A stretch of 64,000 nt of DNA from Bugula neritina (lineage: Eukaryota > Animalia > Bryozoa): the NCBI GenBank assembly GCA_964035545.1, contig OZ037767.1, positions 3,111,680-3,175,679 of the forward strand. The letters run 5' to 3'. The translations under genes and the position numbers were made by a program. The notes beneath the pieces are model-generated. The model ran no database searches, was not told the DNA's origin, and was given only the letters and a program-made list of their open reading frames with translations. Shown here in pieces: positions 1-13,467 of the stretch (position 1 is its first letter; each line of letters starts with the position of its first letter).

Positions 1-869
1 TGCTAATGTTTCCTTTTACTCCGCTGCACTATTTATACAGGTGAGTAGCATCTTTAGTTAAACTAGACTCTGCATATATTGTCTGTAGCCGAAGCGTGTT
101 TAGAATTCCTCTCAACAGTTATTATTCCTGTTTCTAGTCGGTGTCTTCGTAAAATTACTTGTAACATTGCATGGTATGAATAAATAAGTACATCACATTA
201 CACTTTCTTTGAGTAGTTTGTACACATGACACATAGTGAACTTAAGTTGATTATGTAACTCATTGTGTATGTATGTTATATGCTGTGTAGTTTCTTGAAT
301 ATAAGTTGATCATGTTTACAATTACTAACTGCCATATGTGTGCCAAAACTAGAAACTGTTCAGCTTATTTAGTATTTCTGGTATATCTGCAATATGCAGG
401 GCTATAATATAATGTGCTATGCTCCTTGAAATTATTTATATTTTTATCCTACACAGGATTGCAATGAACAGCGCCAACGAAGCTGGTGCAGTAAAGAAGC
501 TTATATTCCTAAAACAGCCAATGAGAAAAGACTGTACATTCTACAAGGCCATCAACCCACAGGTGATAAATTTAAGATAGGATTTAGGGCATTCTTGGCA
601 AGTTTTTTTAAAAACATTGAAATTTAGAATTACTTATAGCTGCTTCACTCATGCTTTAGATGAGAGAGCCCTTGACTGCCGGGAAAGCTAATGAACAGTT
701 CGAGGGGCTACTCATAGCTTCACTGAAAGAACTAACATCTCTCTCTAAGAAACAACGAACTGATTTGGGGCTCGCAATACCTTCATCAACTCGACTGAAA
801 AAGATGATGAAAGATCGTCAAAGGAAGTTAGAGCTTGGTGTTATTTACGCTTTCAACAAACCTCCGTAG
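1..869 (+). CDS. 3' end of an unidentified multi-exon gene (exons <1-40, 457-562, 660-869)
   Basis: GT-AG sites (ACAG|GTGAGT at 40/41, ACACAG| at 456, CAG|GTGATA at 562, TTTAG| at 659) join into one open frame ...LMFPFTPLHYLYRIAMNSANEAGAVKKLIFLKQPMRKDCTFYKAINPQMREPLTAG...NKPP*. AATAAA at ~945. Family not recognised. Confidence 0.7.
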
Positions 870-1126
870 TAAACAGTATATTCTACTTTACTTGTGCAAT
901 CATAAATTTTATACCACTCACTTACTTTGTTACTAATTTATTTCAATAAATACTTGTCACATTGAAAATTTTTTTTTATTTTAATTTTTATGGTATGCAA
1001 ACTAAAAGATACAATACTAAATTACAATATTACAAAATTTACATCAAATTACACTGAAAATTAAAACAATAAATATCAAACAATATATCACAGCTGTTTT
1101 CAGAAAAGTTGCATCAAAACAAAATT

Positions 1127-1702
1127 CTATAATTCATCTTTATGCTTCACAGGCTTCGGGAGCTTTACTTTGTCTCCATGCTCTTTCATCAGATCTTCAA
1201 CCGTGGCACTGAAGTGCTTATCTTCTGTTTCAGTTTCCTCTGCGGTCTTTTTCGGTTTCTGGTCCGCTATCCGCTTATTGCCCACACACTGTCCAGTAAT
1301 TTTAAGGCAAACTTTTCGCTCCAAAGAAACCCGATCCATCCGATTAGAGGTAGAGTAATATTTCACAAACACAGAAGCTAGTTCTTCATCATCAACCAGA
1401 TCCATGAACTTTTTACAAGCGCCAACCATTTTAGGAGGAATAAAATCGTAAGAGCCAAAGTTTGACTGCTCACAGAGCACATCCATGAGCTCATACACTC
1501 TGCTTTCAACTCCATCAAAAGATCTTTTATTCATTTCTTTATCCACAATATCAATAACAGCCAAGCAAGCAGCGCATTTCAAGTCACTTTCATCGACACT
1601 GTCATTGGCGGTAAAGATGGGTTTGTTCGGCTGACTTAGAACTCCACAGACGTTCATACACAACAGGTAACTGACCAACATGTAACGTAAAGACAGTGCC
1701 AT
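1127..1702 (-). CDS. ER-lumenal saposin-fold protein, Canopy/MZB1-like (191 aa)
   Basis: Hydrophobic N-terminal signal peptide, six-Cys saposin-B pattern (CAAC...LC...AC...VC-x6-C), charged tail ending HKDEL. The coding region has no intron; a likely 5'UTR acceptor (CTTCTCTCTGTAG on -) lies at 1795-1807. Confidence 0.85.
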   Translation of the reverse strand: MALSLRYMLVSYLLCMNVCGVLSQPNKPIFTANDSVDESDLKCAACLAVIDIVDKEMNKRSFDGVESRVYELMDVLCEQSNFGSYDFIPPKMVGACKKFMDLVDDEELASVFVKYYSTSNRMDRVSLERKVCLKITGQCVGNKRIADQKPKKTAEETETEDKHFSATVEDLMKEHGDKVKLPKPVKHKDEL

Positions 1703-4700
1703 TGTAAGAAAGTTTTGGGTTTAGCAAGATCCTATCTGTTGTGCAGATTATTATTTGTAATACTGTTCAAAGTTCCAAAAATATCTTCTCAGACCTACAG
1801 AGAGAAGTACTTTTCAGGTGGCTTTGAGATGCTAACGCTAAAGTAAATTCAAAATAGGATCTTTAAACATCTTTCAGCTCACTTATCAGTAAATTCAAGT
1901 AAATTTTTTCAACTTTACATGGCAAATAAAAAGCTACAAGTACATGGGCTACATCTAGTTCATACCAAGATTGGAACTGCTAAAGTAATCTTATGCTAGT
2001 AATAGTCTACTAATGCAGCCACTAATATTTTTCATGTAAGAGTAATGATTTCAAGCTAATGTGTGTACATAGCAACAATGAGTTTTGGACCATGCTTCAG
2101 TGGCACTAGCAAATATGGCTAAGATAGGAATTCAATGCATTTACTCATATTTATAAGTCATCGTGATCAATAGCATATTAATATTAACAGAAGTATAACT
2201 ATTCTGGCATAAGTAAATGGAAAATAAATTTTTTGATGTTCATTATTAATTACACTCTCTAAGCATAACTTTACTATTAAGTTTAACATTAATATGACTA
2301 TAAGTATAAGTATAAGTATAGGTAACAATATCAATATGACTATTAGATTTAGTATTACTATAACTATGTCTATTGCAGTAAATATTAGCCTTATTTATTT
2401 GTAGCATCAGTTAGTAATTTCACATTTTTTGCTCTTATCATTGCTATAAGTATAAGCATAATAAATACGATGGCTATCACATTCACTATGAGAAAGTTTA
2501 ACTTTACTAGTCTAACTGAATGCACTTTGACTTATAATTAATATTATAGTAATAGTTTACTATTTACCTTTAAGTTTAACTTATAAGTTATAAGTTATAG
2601 CAGAGTCAGGAGAGTGCCGTTAGGCAGAGAAAAGGAGCTTACGAAAAAAATCAAGCGACTAGATCTTGTGTAAATCTTGATCTGAACTACAATGACAATG
2701 GCTACGAGTATCACTGTATCAGTCTGAGTGAGACACCGACAGTGGCTTGTACTTGTAGAAATAATTCTAAATCAGAATAAGCATGTAACAGCTTTTCCAA
2801 CTATCAAATGAGTAAACTGCTGTAAGATTATGCCAAATTATTTGTTGTAAATTGCTATTTGCTAAGCCAATCTAGGTTAGTGCATCGTGGCAATAAGCTA
2901 TTGAATGATTAATTCTAAAAGGTAGTAATCGGTGTGATTGATGGCTTTTGTTCTTCATTCACAATGCAGTTGTTTACATTTTCAACGAGCCAACTATTGC
3001 CAAACGTTCAACAGAGAAAAGCGCTACCAATTGCCTCAAATATATTATTCTGGCCAATTAAAATATATGAGACACATTAGTTTGCTCGCCTACTCGCTGT
3101 TTGATTGCATCGTTTTATCAATCATTTTATTGGTCCGAAAATATATGGTTGGCATAACAACGAATTCATAGCACGTGATTACTCATAGGGGACAGCAAAG
3201 CATGCAAGAGTATAGGCAAATAATTTCCATAATGGGAATTGAAAAAAAGTAATAAAGATAAGATTCAACATTACTTACATCTCAATAAGAACTTATTTTT
3301 TGTCATTGAAAAAAATTATCTCTTGAATTTTTTTAATGCATAAAATGTAGGGTCACATTTTTATTTTTATGTACAAGTAGCTCAGCAACTATTTCATTTG
3401 ATTTTTCCTTATCATATGGGTGAAGTATTCTATAAGAGTATACTAACAAACTGGCTGTTGAAAAAACTTATATGTTGCCTATACTTGTGAATTATTTAAA
3501 ATAAAGCCCCAGATACTTGGCAAACAAAATTTTAATATGCTACTTAACCAAGCTAAATTGTCAGTTAACCTGCAACACGTCTGTTTATTTATTGTAATTA
3601 AATTATTTAATGTAGTATACATTGCTATAAAAATTAGAAATGAAAGTCAAATATCAAATAATTTGGTGCCACATTTTTCAGACTCCAATTATTGTGAAAT
3701 AACTTTCAATAGCTGGTTTTGCTAACTTGAACAAACAGTATACCTATTTTACAGCGACATTTCTACAAATTCTGCTTTGTCAATCTTTAACACCAAGTAT
3801 TTTTATACCCACACACATGGTATGAGAGTTTAAAACCATTTCATAGATGATTAATTATAACTATATTATAATAACAAAATCAAATGTCATTCATGATGTA
3901 CATGTGCTGGGGGCTTAAATTTATTTGTTTAAATGTTTTCTGACGGGGTCTAAATTAAACTGAAAAGTTATAATTCTTAAAATACAATACAATATTATAA
4001 TATATATAACAATTATAGTAAAAATTACACTGTATATTATACAGTTTAATATTCTAAAATATATAATATAGTAGTATATACACTATATAATATAAAATTA
4101 TTTTATACTATAATCATATATAGTATAATATAATATAATTCAATATAATATGATGTAAACTTGCTACAATATCAGTGCAATTTTACTTTGTTTATAAAAA
4201 GTAAAATCCTTCATCTGTAATAAGACTAACATGTTAATATTTATTTGGCTATCACTCATTGTTCTTTATACTTCTTTGAAGGTACGGTAACTGCTCTTCA
4301 GACCAACGTCTGCTCCACTATGTTTAAAGAGGCGCAATTGTCTACTGCAGTTCATCATTCTGTATATGTCAGTTTTTTAACTATTGACTCAATATCAAAA
4401 TCAATTATCAATTGATCTTCTTCTATTTGTATTTGTTTAGACTATTTGACTTTTAAATTAAATAAAAGACTGACTGGATGCCATCAACTGTTACTAAACT
4501 ATCATATGACGCAAGAATATTCTGGACAACTTATAATTCTAAATCCTCATTGATTAAATCTAGTTTATCTGATTTTTAAATACTATAAAAACACTATAAT
4601 AATTAACACATTTAAATAACATAACAGATTAGTATACTATGTAAACATGCCAGATTTTATGTACATACATTGCACGTCACAGCTAAATTAATGCTTAATA

Positions 4701-4905
4701 CTAATTTACATTAAAAAATTATTGTATTTAATTTGAGGTATTGATTTGCTACTTTTTTTTTAATTAAAAAAATTTCTATTCAACATAAATACTAAAACAC
4801 TAATAAGTTACAGTTTCAAGTGGCAAAAGCTCATTGTTTATTATCTGTGTATACAATAACTATATAATGATGCGATTGAAGTATAAGATAGAATGCTAGA
4901 ACATT

Positions 4906-7900
4906 ATGGAAGTTCCAAATCGGATTTACATCTCTCTTGGTATGCTAAAATTATCTTATACAAGACTAAACATTTCTGATTAAAATTTCCCTAAAACATT
5001 CACAATATAAGATTTGAAGTAAATATATGTTGGTGTTTAAAAAGTTTTTTTCAAAAAATTTTTGCATGTTGAAAATTCTATGCATCTAAAAAATTATCCA
5101 ATTATTTACATTAATATGGACATTATACTTGATGTTATGAATATTATATTCAACCTGGTTATGCCTCAACAATGCTATTTTGTGTTAAATTAATTCTAAT
5201 ACAGTATATGATAGAATAAGATACAGATGGGAAATTTGTTTAGATAATATCATATTGGGGCTAAAAATGCAAAATAATATTATTTTTTATATATTCACAG
5301 TAAAACATAGTTGATTCAGTCATGCAATGTATCATATTATATAGATAGTAAAAGTAATGCACTTAATTTATTATCATTATTATTATTATATAACACTTTA
5401 TATCATAAAATTGCTTTATGCAGTTTTTTCTATGTTGATTATTTTGCAGCAACCCTTCTAAGAGTTTACTTTGCGCTGTCGGCATCATGTCCTACATCAT
5501 TTCCTGTTTCAATTTCCAATTTCTGCTACAAGCTATCAACAACAAAAGCCAACGCTGTCAATGCCAGGCAGCAATGCGCTCTCTTAGGGGCTGACTTAGC
5601 AAAGATATACGACATAGAGGCAGCAGTGGTAGACGAGTTTGCTGCTGTGATTTCTACCAGTCTGGGAAATAAAGGTCAGCAAGACATCTTGTTTTAACTA
5701 TACCATTTACTTAAATAATATCGATACAGTTTATAAAGTTTTCCAATATGCAATGGTTGGAGATCTATAAATGTAATTGTATAAATATCATATGTTCTAT
5801 ATGCATATAAGATAAGAAAATACAATTTTAAGACAAAAAACACAAATATGAATAGCAATACAAGTTGATTATCAGTGTCTCAAAGTTTATAGTTAATTTA
5901 CTAAGTCTCTTTCTTTATCCTCATTCATCATGAGTATTCTCACATTATTAGGACTTGTAGGGAAGCAGAATTTAGAAAAATCTTGGTAAAAACCATGCTG
6001 CTTCCAGTGGGAATAAAGCAGCAGACATCCAACTTGCAAGCACGCTAACCCTTATACTAAGGGAGCTACTGGGGAATCCCGACACCACAAATTCCATTTT
6101 TGCTAAATCTATGAATCAATGCAGTATTTTTCCGATACAGCTGTAATTCTTTCAACTGAATTTCAGCGATTTTAATCCTATTTACAGTTTTATATGTAAA
6201 ATAAATAAAAAATAAAATCAATTAAGGATTCAAGTCCTGACTCCTACTTTAAAAGCAAAAATATGCCAAAATAAAGTGAAAACAGTTTGTGGCAAATAAA
6301 TATTTGTGAGTCATTGAAATTGTTCAACTATTTATTTTGCCTATCAATGTTTTATCATTCCATGTCTGTATATGTAACAAAAATTTAGCAGGTGATCGGT
6401 AACTACAAATTTCACCTGAAAATCTTATATTTCAGAAGATGATGCCATATTTTTTCACAAATACTTTTACATCCATTTACAGTTGATAGTTTTAGCTCTA
6501 AAGTTTAATGTTAAAGTTTCAATTTATACCCAATTATATGTATGTAATGAAAAAAATGACAATATAATTATACCTAGCAGAAAAAATTGTAATTTGTTAA
6601 AATTACAGACTCATTATTACTTGAACCAGCTAGGCTTATGTAAGCTGTATGACATACTTGAGAGGATGATGAATATTGTTTCTAGCCGAAGTTTATATTG
6701 GTCTGACCAATCTAGTGGCTGATGCAAATAATCCGAAGTTCATATGGCTGATAGACGATGAACAACTACCTCTAGACAAAGTAAAGGAGCATGTTAAAGA
6801 TAATGACTACGAACATCTCAACTGCATTTCATTTTTGAAAGCAGGTATGTAATTGGACGGTGCTCAAGTACCGTAAGAGATAACACTGTTAGGTTTTGGG
6901 GTTTGGAGAGCATAAATCATATGGCACGTTTCTACTTTTTAAATTCTGGACCAGAGGAAATTCAATAAAGATCTATAAGGAACTAGGCTGGTTTTTGCAA
7001 TTAGTCTTTACTGGTGCTTATTTTATTATGTTTATAGATTACACCACATCATCAATTGATCATTATGCTACATAACATAACTTGTCCACTAGCACATATT
7101 TTTGTCAAGTGGCTGCATTTATGAGCTAGGACCTCATTGAAGACACAGCTTTTCTGGAGAAAGCTTAGGATCAAGCTTTGCATATATTTTTTCGCTACAG
7201 CATATATGTTGAACATTATTTTTTAATACTTCAACAATCGAACTGCTAATTAAGTTAATTGAAACAATAAGAATTAAGTACTTTTGGTTCTCACTATAAA
7301 TGTTTATACTGCAGCAAAAGTCTCTAGAGCTGAACTACTTCATAACTATTAGCTATTAACCAAACGTGTCATTAAAATATATGCAAAATGTCACGGGATT
7401 ACAAGCTGTAACATGGTCACCTCTGTATGTAGCAACATACTCTGTTGAAATGCTTTGAAAATGTTGTAACTTTTGATAACTATCATTATTAGCGTATACA
7501 TTGCTCTCAAGACTTTTTTATCAAACTATTTCTGTATAACATACTATAGATTATAGGATATTATAATATATATATATATTAGTATATTAAGCATCATAAT
7601 ATAATATGTTACATAAATTATATATTGTGAATGTTTTTATATCATGTTGATTGTCAAAGTTATTATTGTCACTATATGTAAAATATCTATAATAATTTAT
7701 AACTTCTGAAAAAATTAGTTTTGTAGTCTATAATGCACCTTAAGATTAAAGATTTCATAAATTGTATTTATCTAATTTTTTTTAAATTTTGCATAAAATA
7801 GAAAAATTAGTATAAATGTAAAATCTGTGAATTCTTGACTTTGATAGATAAACAGGAGATCCACTGCCACAAGGATTATGAAACTAAAGAAAAGTACTAC

Positions 7901-8776
7901 CTCTGTCAGGAGAAACTCACAACAACTACAACTACTACAACACCAACTACAACAACTACTACAACCACTACAACAACTACAACTACAACCACTACAACCA
8001 CTCCACCAACTACCACTACACCAACTACAACCACTACACCAACTACAACCACTCCACCAACTACCACTACACCAACTACAACCACTACACCAACTACAGC
8101 CACTACACCAACTACCACTACACCAACTACAACCACTACACCAACTACTACTATAACCACTACAACACCAACTACTACTACACCAACTCCAACACCAACT
8201 ACAGCTACTACTTCAACTACAGCCACTTCACCAACTACAGCTACTACACCAACTACAGCCACTACACCAACTACAGCCGCTACACCAACTACAGCCACTA
8301 CACCAACTACAACCACTACACCAACTACAACCACTACATCTACTACAACCACTACTACCACTACACCATCAGTTTATACAGCCGAAACATCTCTAACAAT
8401 TACCACCACAGCACAAACTGCTACACTTATATCAACCCCTGTCAGCACAACAAATACTGTTAGATCCACCACTGCCACTCCTTTAATATCAAAATGTCGC
8501 CAGGGTACGTCGTACAAGAAAGTCACTAAGAAGTTTAATTTTTTACAGCTCCACACACACCAGAACTTCCTAGAACATACAGAAGTGCAGACGTACAGCT
8601 ATTGTGTACACTGGTGCTCGGTTCATAAAGATTGTAACAGCATTATCATATTTGATGAAATATCATGCTGGTTCTTTTCTAATTTAATGCTGTCAGAGGA
8701 AGTAGCTGATCGAAGTGGCAGAAGCGGCCTACTCTGGTACAAACACGAAACTAACAGTGCGAGTCATGATTTGTAG
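4906..8776 (+). CDS. Lectin-mucin-PAN gene A (exons 4906-4939, 5450-5674, 6686-6844, 7848-8776; 448 aa)
   Basis: Three phase-1 GT-AG introns give an open 1347-nt CDS: signal peptide, CTLD ([35 protein letters not shown]), ~190-aa Thr/Pro stalk, PAN/Apple-like Cys pattern ([19 protein letters not shown]). Exon 1 is the least certain. Confidence 0.85.
5998..6068 (-). mobile_element. Degenerate tRNA-derived sequence (possible SINE head)
   Basis: The minus strand reads GCTCCCTTAGTATAAGGGTTAGCGTGCTTG...TTTATTCCCACTGGAAGC, with A-box-like and decayed B-box-like motifs. It cannot form an intact cloverleaf. Confidence 0.3.
7918..8370 (+). repeat. Coding (ACA/ACT/ACC/CCA)n repeat encoding a PTTTTT mucin stalk
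   Basis: Degenerate 15-18 nt units such as CCAACTACAACCACTACA inside gene A exon 4. Confidence 0.9.
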
Positions 8777-8919
8777 TTGCACTAAAAAGTTACATTAGGT
8801 TTGTTGTGGAAGTTGTTTAGCTTTTAACTGCTCTTGTTTTGCTAAATTGAATCCAGTAGACACTGTTGTTATATAATATGAAAACTAAATGTTAAATAAT
8901 TGAAGACAGTATAAATTAC

Positions 8920-9348
8920 AATTGGGTCATTTTACTTAATTTAGTACACACTCGAAATCTTCAGTTTTTGGCTATTTTTCACAAGTTAGCTGGTAATGAA
9001 CATGGTTTTTTGGCCAAAACTAGTAAAACACCAATAAATACACCTAAATAATCAAAGTTATTTTTAATTTTGCTTCATTTCCGATGTTTTTCCCTAATTA
9101 TTCAGCTAGTTTTGGTTACGGACCCGTTGAGGTTTTTCGTAAGCTCCACACATATAGAATATTAAGTGCATATGACAATGACCTGTGCTTTAATGTTGGG
9201 GAATCCCCTTCCAGCCTTTTCTGTTATGCGTAGTTAAAACCAGCACATAAAAATAGCACGTATAGTAAATTTCAATGGATTTTGAGCAAACTTTAATGTT
9301 AGGTCATAATTTGCTGGTGTGTACTAAATGAAGTAAACTGACACAATT
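8920..9348. mobile_element. MITE-like element with ~32-bp imperfect terminal inverted repeats
   Basis: AATTGGGTCATTTTACTTAATTTAGTACACAC (8920-8951) versus the reverse complement of 9317-9348, AATTGTGTCAGTTTACTTCATTTAGTACACAC. Non-coding interior; no clean target duplication. Confidence 0.65.
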
Positions 9349-9997
9349 TATATCTTGATAGTATTAGCGGTTGTAGGACCTGCCATATAAAGCAAAATTT
9401 GGTTTGTTGGAATTCACAAATGAAAATATTTGGAGATTTTTCTTTTACACAGGAAAAAAGTATAAAGCTAGAACAAATTTTATTTTGAAATCATCTCATT
9501 TATTCGTTCCTAATAATGCACAATCATAGTTATTGATACAAATACTAACGTAAGAACTGCAAATGTGAAAATTGTAATTGCAAAACAGTATTTGGTTGGT
9601 TATGCAAAGACTTTTAGGCTCATTGCTCAGCATTTTATTGCATAAAATTGCACACAAAACAGCTACAGTTTTCTGTGTCTGCAAATTTATCGCTTTCGGT
9701 CTGTAGAAATTAAATTTATATGACATAATATGTCATTATTCTTATATGCTTGCATGTAAATAGAAAAAAACTTCCTAATCGTTGAAAGAAAACAATCATC
9801 AAACCTAAATATAATGCAGTACTTTTGATTTATGGTGTATGTAGGGGTTACTCAGTGCTCACTATCAGGTCAAATCCTGAAAGATTAGTTACAGTTAGGC
9901 CGGTTATAGATATAATATGTAATATAGCTAAATGCTATTGTTAAGCTCTACAGTTTCTAGCACTTGATCACAACTTTATGCATGAACAATAATATAT

Positions 9998-10392
9998 TGT
10001 AAAGAGTTTTAGTATTGTGTTTCCAATTAGTTAGTTTATATCGAAGGAATAACTCTATTTCGGACAGTTACATGATGCAGCCAGCATCATGTCGTTAGGA
10101 TGGCACCACCATGTTAACCAATGAGAGGTGACTAACAATTATTAGGAGGCGGAGCTGCAAACGTGTAGTGGAAGCTTGTCAGGTAGCGTAGCCGGCAGAG
10201 TGGATCGAGTTCTAATCATGCAAAGTTGTGTATAAATCACTCTCTATTATGTAATCGTGTGCATTAGTGTTTTATTAGTTTTATTTCTGTAAAATTCGTA
10301 AATAATAAAGTCTATTCAAATTGTGAGCAACCTGGTGAAGTGGCATTGAATAAGTAGACCCACTAATTATAGTGAATCGTAAATTCACTACA
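9998..10392 (+). mobile_element. Solo LTR (395 bp, Gypsy-like 4-bp target duplication)
   Basis: TGTA...TACA termini flanked by ATAT (9994-9997 and 10393-10396). Internal CCAAT (10118), GC box (~10146), TATAAA (10231) and AATAAA (10304) in the expected order; less AT-rich than the flanks. Confidence 0.75.
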
Positions 10393-11354
10393 ATATGCTA
10401 CTACAAAAATACTAATATACTTATGCTGCTGACACAAAACATTATAAAGCAATCAGACCAAAAGTGTAACTATTTATACAAGTTTGTAATTCATACTTGT
10501 AATCATATAGATTGGCTAAAAGTTTTAAGAAGCAAATCTATCTTAGAAATTGCCGGACTATCAAACCTTCATAGACTAAAATATAGTCATGCTTATATAT
10601 AACAGATATCACAGGTTGATTAAAAAACAGGATAAGTCTTAATTCATGGAAGTTTTTATAAGAGCAGATGTAAATTTACTCTATTAATAGAAACCTTTTC
10701 CATGGCAGTGCTGGATAGTCTCTATGCAACACATGGTATTACTGCAGCATTGAAAACTATATCTGCACACAAACCTGCGTGACAAATATCTGAAGCTTTG
10801 TGTACAGGTAAAGCAAGCTCTTTTATTACATAAGATACTACTTATAAAGATAAAAAAAATCTATTTTATTGAAAGTATATTTATTTTGTCATTTCAGGCA
10901 GCAAACATAAAATCAAACACTTATATAGAGAACAATTATTAGTATAGTAATTGTTAATACGGTATATATATATATTGCTTATTTATGTTGAAACTCTAGA
11001 ATTCAAAATGCTTGCTGTGTCAAATATAGGTTAGGCCTGACCTACAAAATCTATAATTTGTTTTCCTGTTATTTTAAGCAATATCCATATAACATTATTG
11101 ATGTTTTAGTAAACAAATTCAATCAATTATTTTTAGCAACAAAACCTTTGCATGGCATAGCAGCTATATCCTAAAACTAATAACAAAGCAAATTTAATTT
11201 AAGAAAATTTTATAAACACAATATTTTGATAGTTATAAGCTTTCCTTCCTTTATTGATCACTGCAAGGCTGTAAAGAATATATAAGATGTTTCAATATAA
11301 TACATTCAACAACTAATGCCAGTAATACAGTGAAGAGTAGATGTAACAGAAGAC

Positions 11355-13467
11355 ATGGAGATAACCAGAGTATTAATTCTGGCAATGCTAGGTAAGACTG
11401 ACTGCTAGCTCACTAAGTGACAGCGCTATAGTAGTTTATAGTGTTTTAAAAGTATCAGCCAGATGAAACCATTAGTAGTTAATTTTGGAATAGAAAAATG
11501 AAGAATTGAAAAGTAAATATAATACTGACTAATCACATGACTTCCTGTAAAAATAATATCTGAGGGTGTATCATTCAGCCATCTTTTTACTACTTTAGTT
11601 GCAGCACAATGTGCCAGCTGATGTAAAGTTGACAAGACCAACTGTGCTCTATTTACTAGTTGAAAACAAGCTCCTATACAACCCAATCGCCGTTTTCTTT
11701 AATAATTGAAATTAGTTTAAATTTAAAGGCATTAGACCTTCTAGTTATATATACATCTTATATGTACATAATTGCTTTTTTTGACAGTAAAACTGGGTTC
11801 CACAGTGTGTTCTGGAAATTTCCCACATTCTCTTAATAATCAGGACTGCTATCATGTTCCAAACACCTCAAGCCCCAAGTTACCTCGAGTTGCAGCAGAA
11901 GCTGTTTGCCACTCCATGGGGGGACAACTGGCCAAGATACACAACTTAACTGATGATCAGGTCTTAGCTGATTTTATGGACATGGTGCTTCAAGAAGGAT
12001 ATAATGACAGTGAGCAGAATCTTTTGATGAAATATATTTTCTAGTTTTACAAATTGCTAATGTTTGATTACCTAATTTGCCAGCAATTATTGATAGTTCT
12101 CAACTAATACATATAAATAACATTATTTTGCATATAATGAACATTCAGTGTGACTAAACTGGTCCCTGCTTTAACTCCATATGGTGTTGAAGATTTATTT
12201 TGTTAATGTTTAAGACTAACCCTATTTTAATGTATGTAGAGGAATTCCATATGGGACTGGTGAAACAGAATGGTGTTATTTTCTGGTCTTTGGATGAAGA
12301 AATAATGACAGATGAAGTTATCGAAAGCTCTATTGATGAGGATCATGAAGATTTTCAAGACTGCACTTTCTACTGGAGCTCAGGTTGGTACAGGCAGAGG
12401 GAAAATTAGTTTCTGTTTCAGTTTCACCAACATAAATCACAAAATAATTTGAATAGGTTCAATGTTGCAACATTTTATCAAAATTAAAAACAATTATGGT
12501 GGCAAAATTATCTATCTGTAACTTTACATTTGTGTAATACAGCAAGAACAATTATTAGTATAGCAATAGCAGTAGTGTTGATCATGTGATGGTAAAAGTT
12601 AGGAATGAACTTTTGTGTTTAATTGCAATAATAATGAAATCTGTGAGAATATTGTTGTGAATTAAAACATAAGAATTATGGAAAATAACCACTAGAAAGT
12701 TTTTTCTACTATGGCAGCTTTACAACCAACTATCATAAAATATGGCAATGGCAACTTGCATATTTGTAAGAATTCTCTTTTAACCTCTTATAGAGAACGG
12801 CACGTTCTTTCCCCAAAATATGGCATCTATGAGTAAAAAGCACTATATTTGTGAACAAGCTGTGAATAATGTTTCGTTGTCATCCACCACCACACCAACT
12901 ACAATACCCACAACAGCTACATCAACCTCTATGGTACCACCTGTTACTACAGCTGATTCCACAACTACCAAAGTTATAACAACTGCTGCAGACCCGACCA
13001 CAACTTTAAAAACATCAACTACAACAAGCTCTACCACACCTACAACTACAGCAACATCAAGTAATACAACAAGCTCTACCACACCTACAACTACAGAAAC
13101 ATCAACAACAACAACAAGCTCCAGTACAACACAAGCCTCAACAACCACAACAACAGATCTCACAACTACAACAGCGAATATGGATCCTGAATCTACATGC
13201 ATCTGGTACAAGTATGTTACAGAGTCACTGGATGAACAAAAGTTACAGCTACATGAGAACTTTCTGGAACACAAAGATTTGCCAGTTTACAGTGAATGCC
13301 TCCGACATTGTTCAAGTAACCCAGCCTGTAACAACTCAGTGGTATTTGATCAGACATCCTGCTATCTCTTCTCTGATCTTCAAGTAGCAGATGTGAAAGA
13401 AGGTTCTGGAACAGTTGGAGTTGTCTACACAAAAAGAGAAAGCTTTTGTACTCATTGTAAGCCATAG
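11355..13467 (+). CDS. Lectin-mucin-PAN gene B (exons 11355-11391, 11788-12009, 12240-12383, 12794-13467; 358 aa)
   Basis: Phase-1 GT-AG introns give an open 1077-nt CDS: MEITRVLILAMLVKLGSTVC signal, CTLD (DCY..AEAVCHSMGGQLAKI..HMGL..IFW..DC..YICE), Thr/Ser stalk, PAN-like domain (ECLRHCSSNPACNN..SCYLF). Confidence 0.9.

Noticed and set aside
7878-8361. Poly-Val antisense ORF and Gln/Leu/Pro alternative-frame ORF (similar ones at 12843-13274, 16766-17425, 20164-20622)
   Set aside because: Shadows of the stop-free ACN/CCA mucin repeats.
8762-8776. Gene A C-terminus SHDL as an ER-retention signal
   Set aside because: Does not match the [KH]DEL consensus and is not shared by the paralogues.
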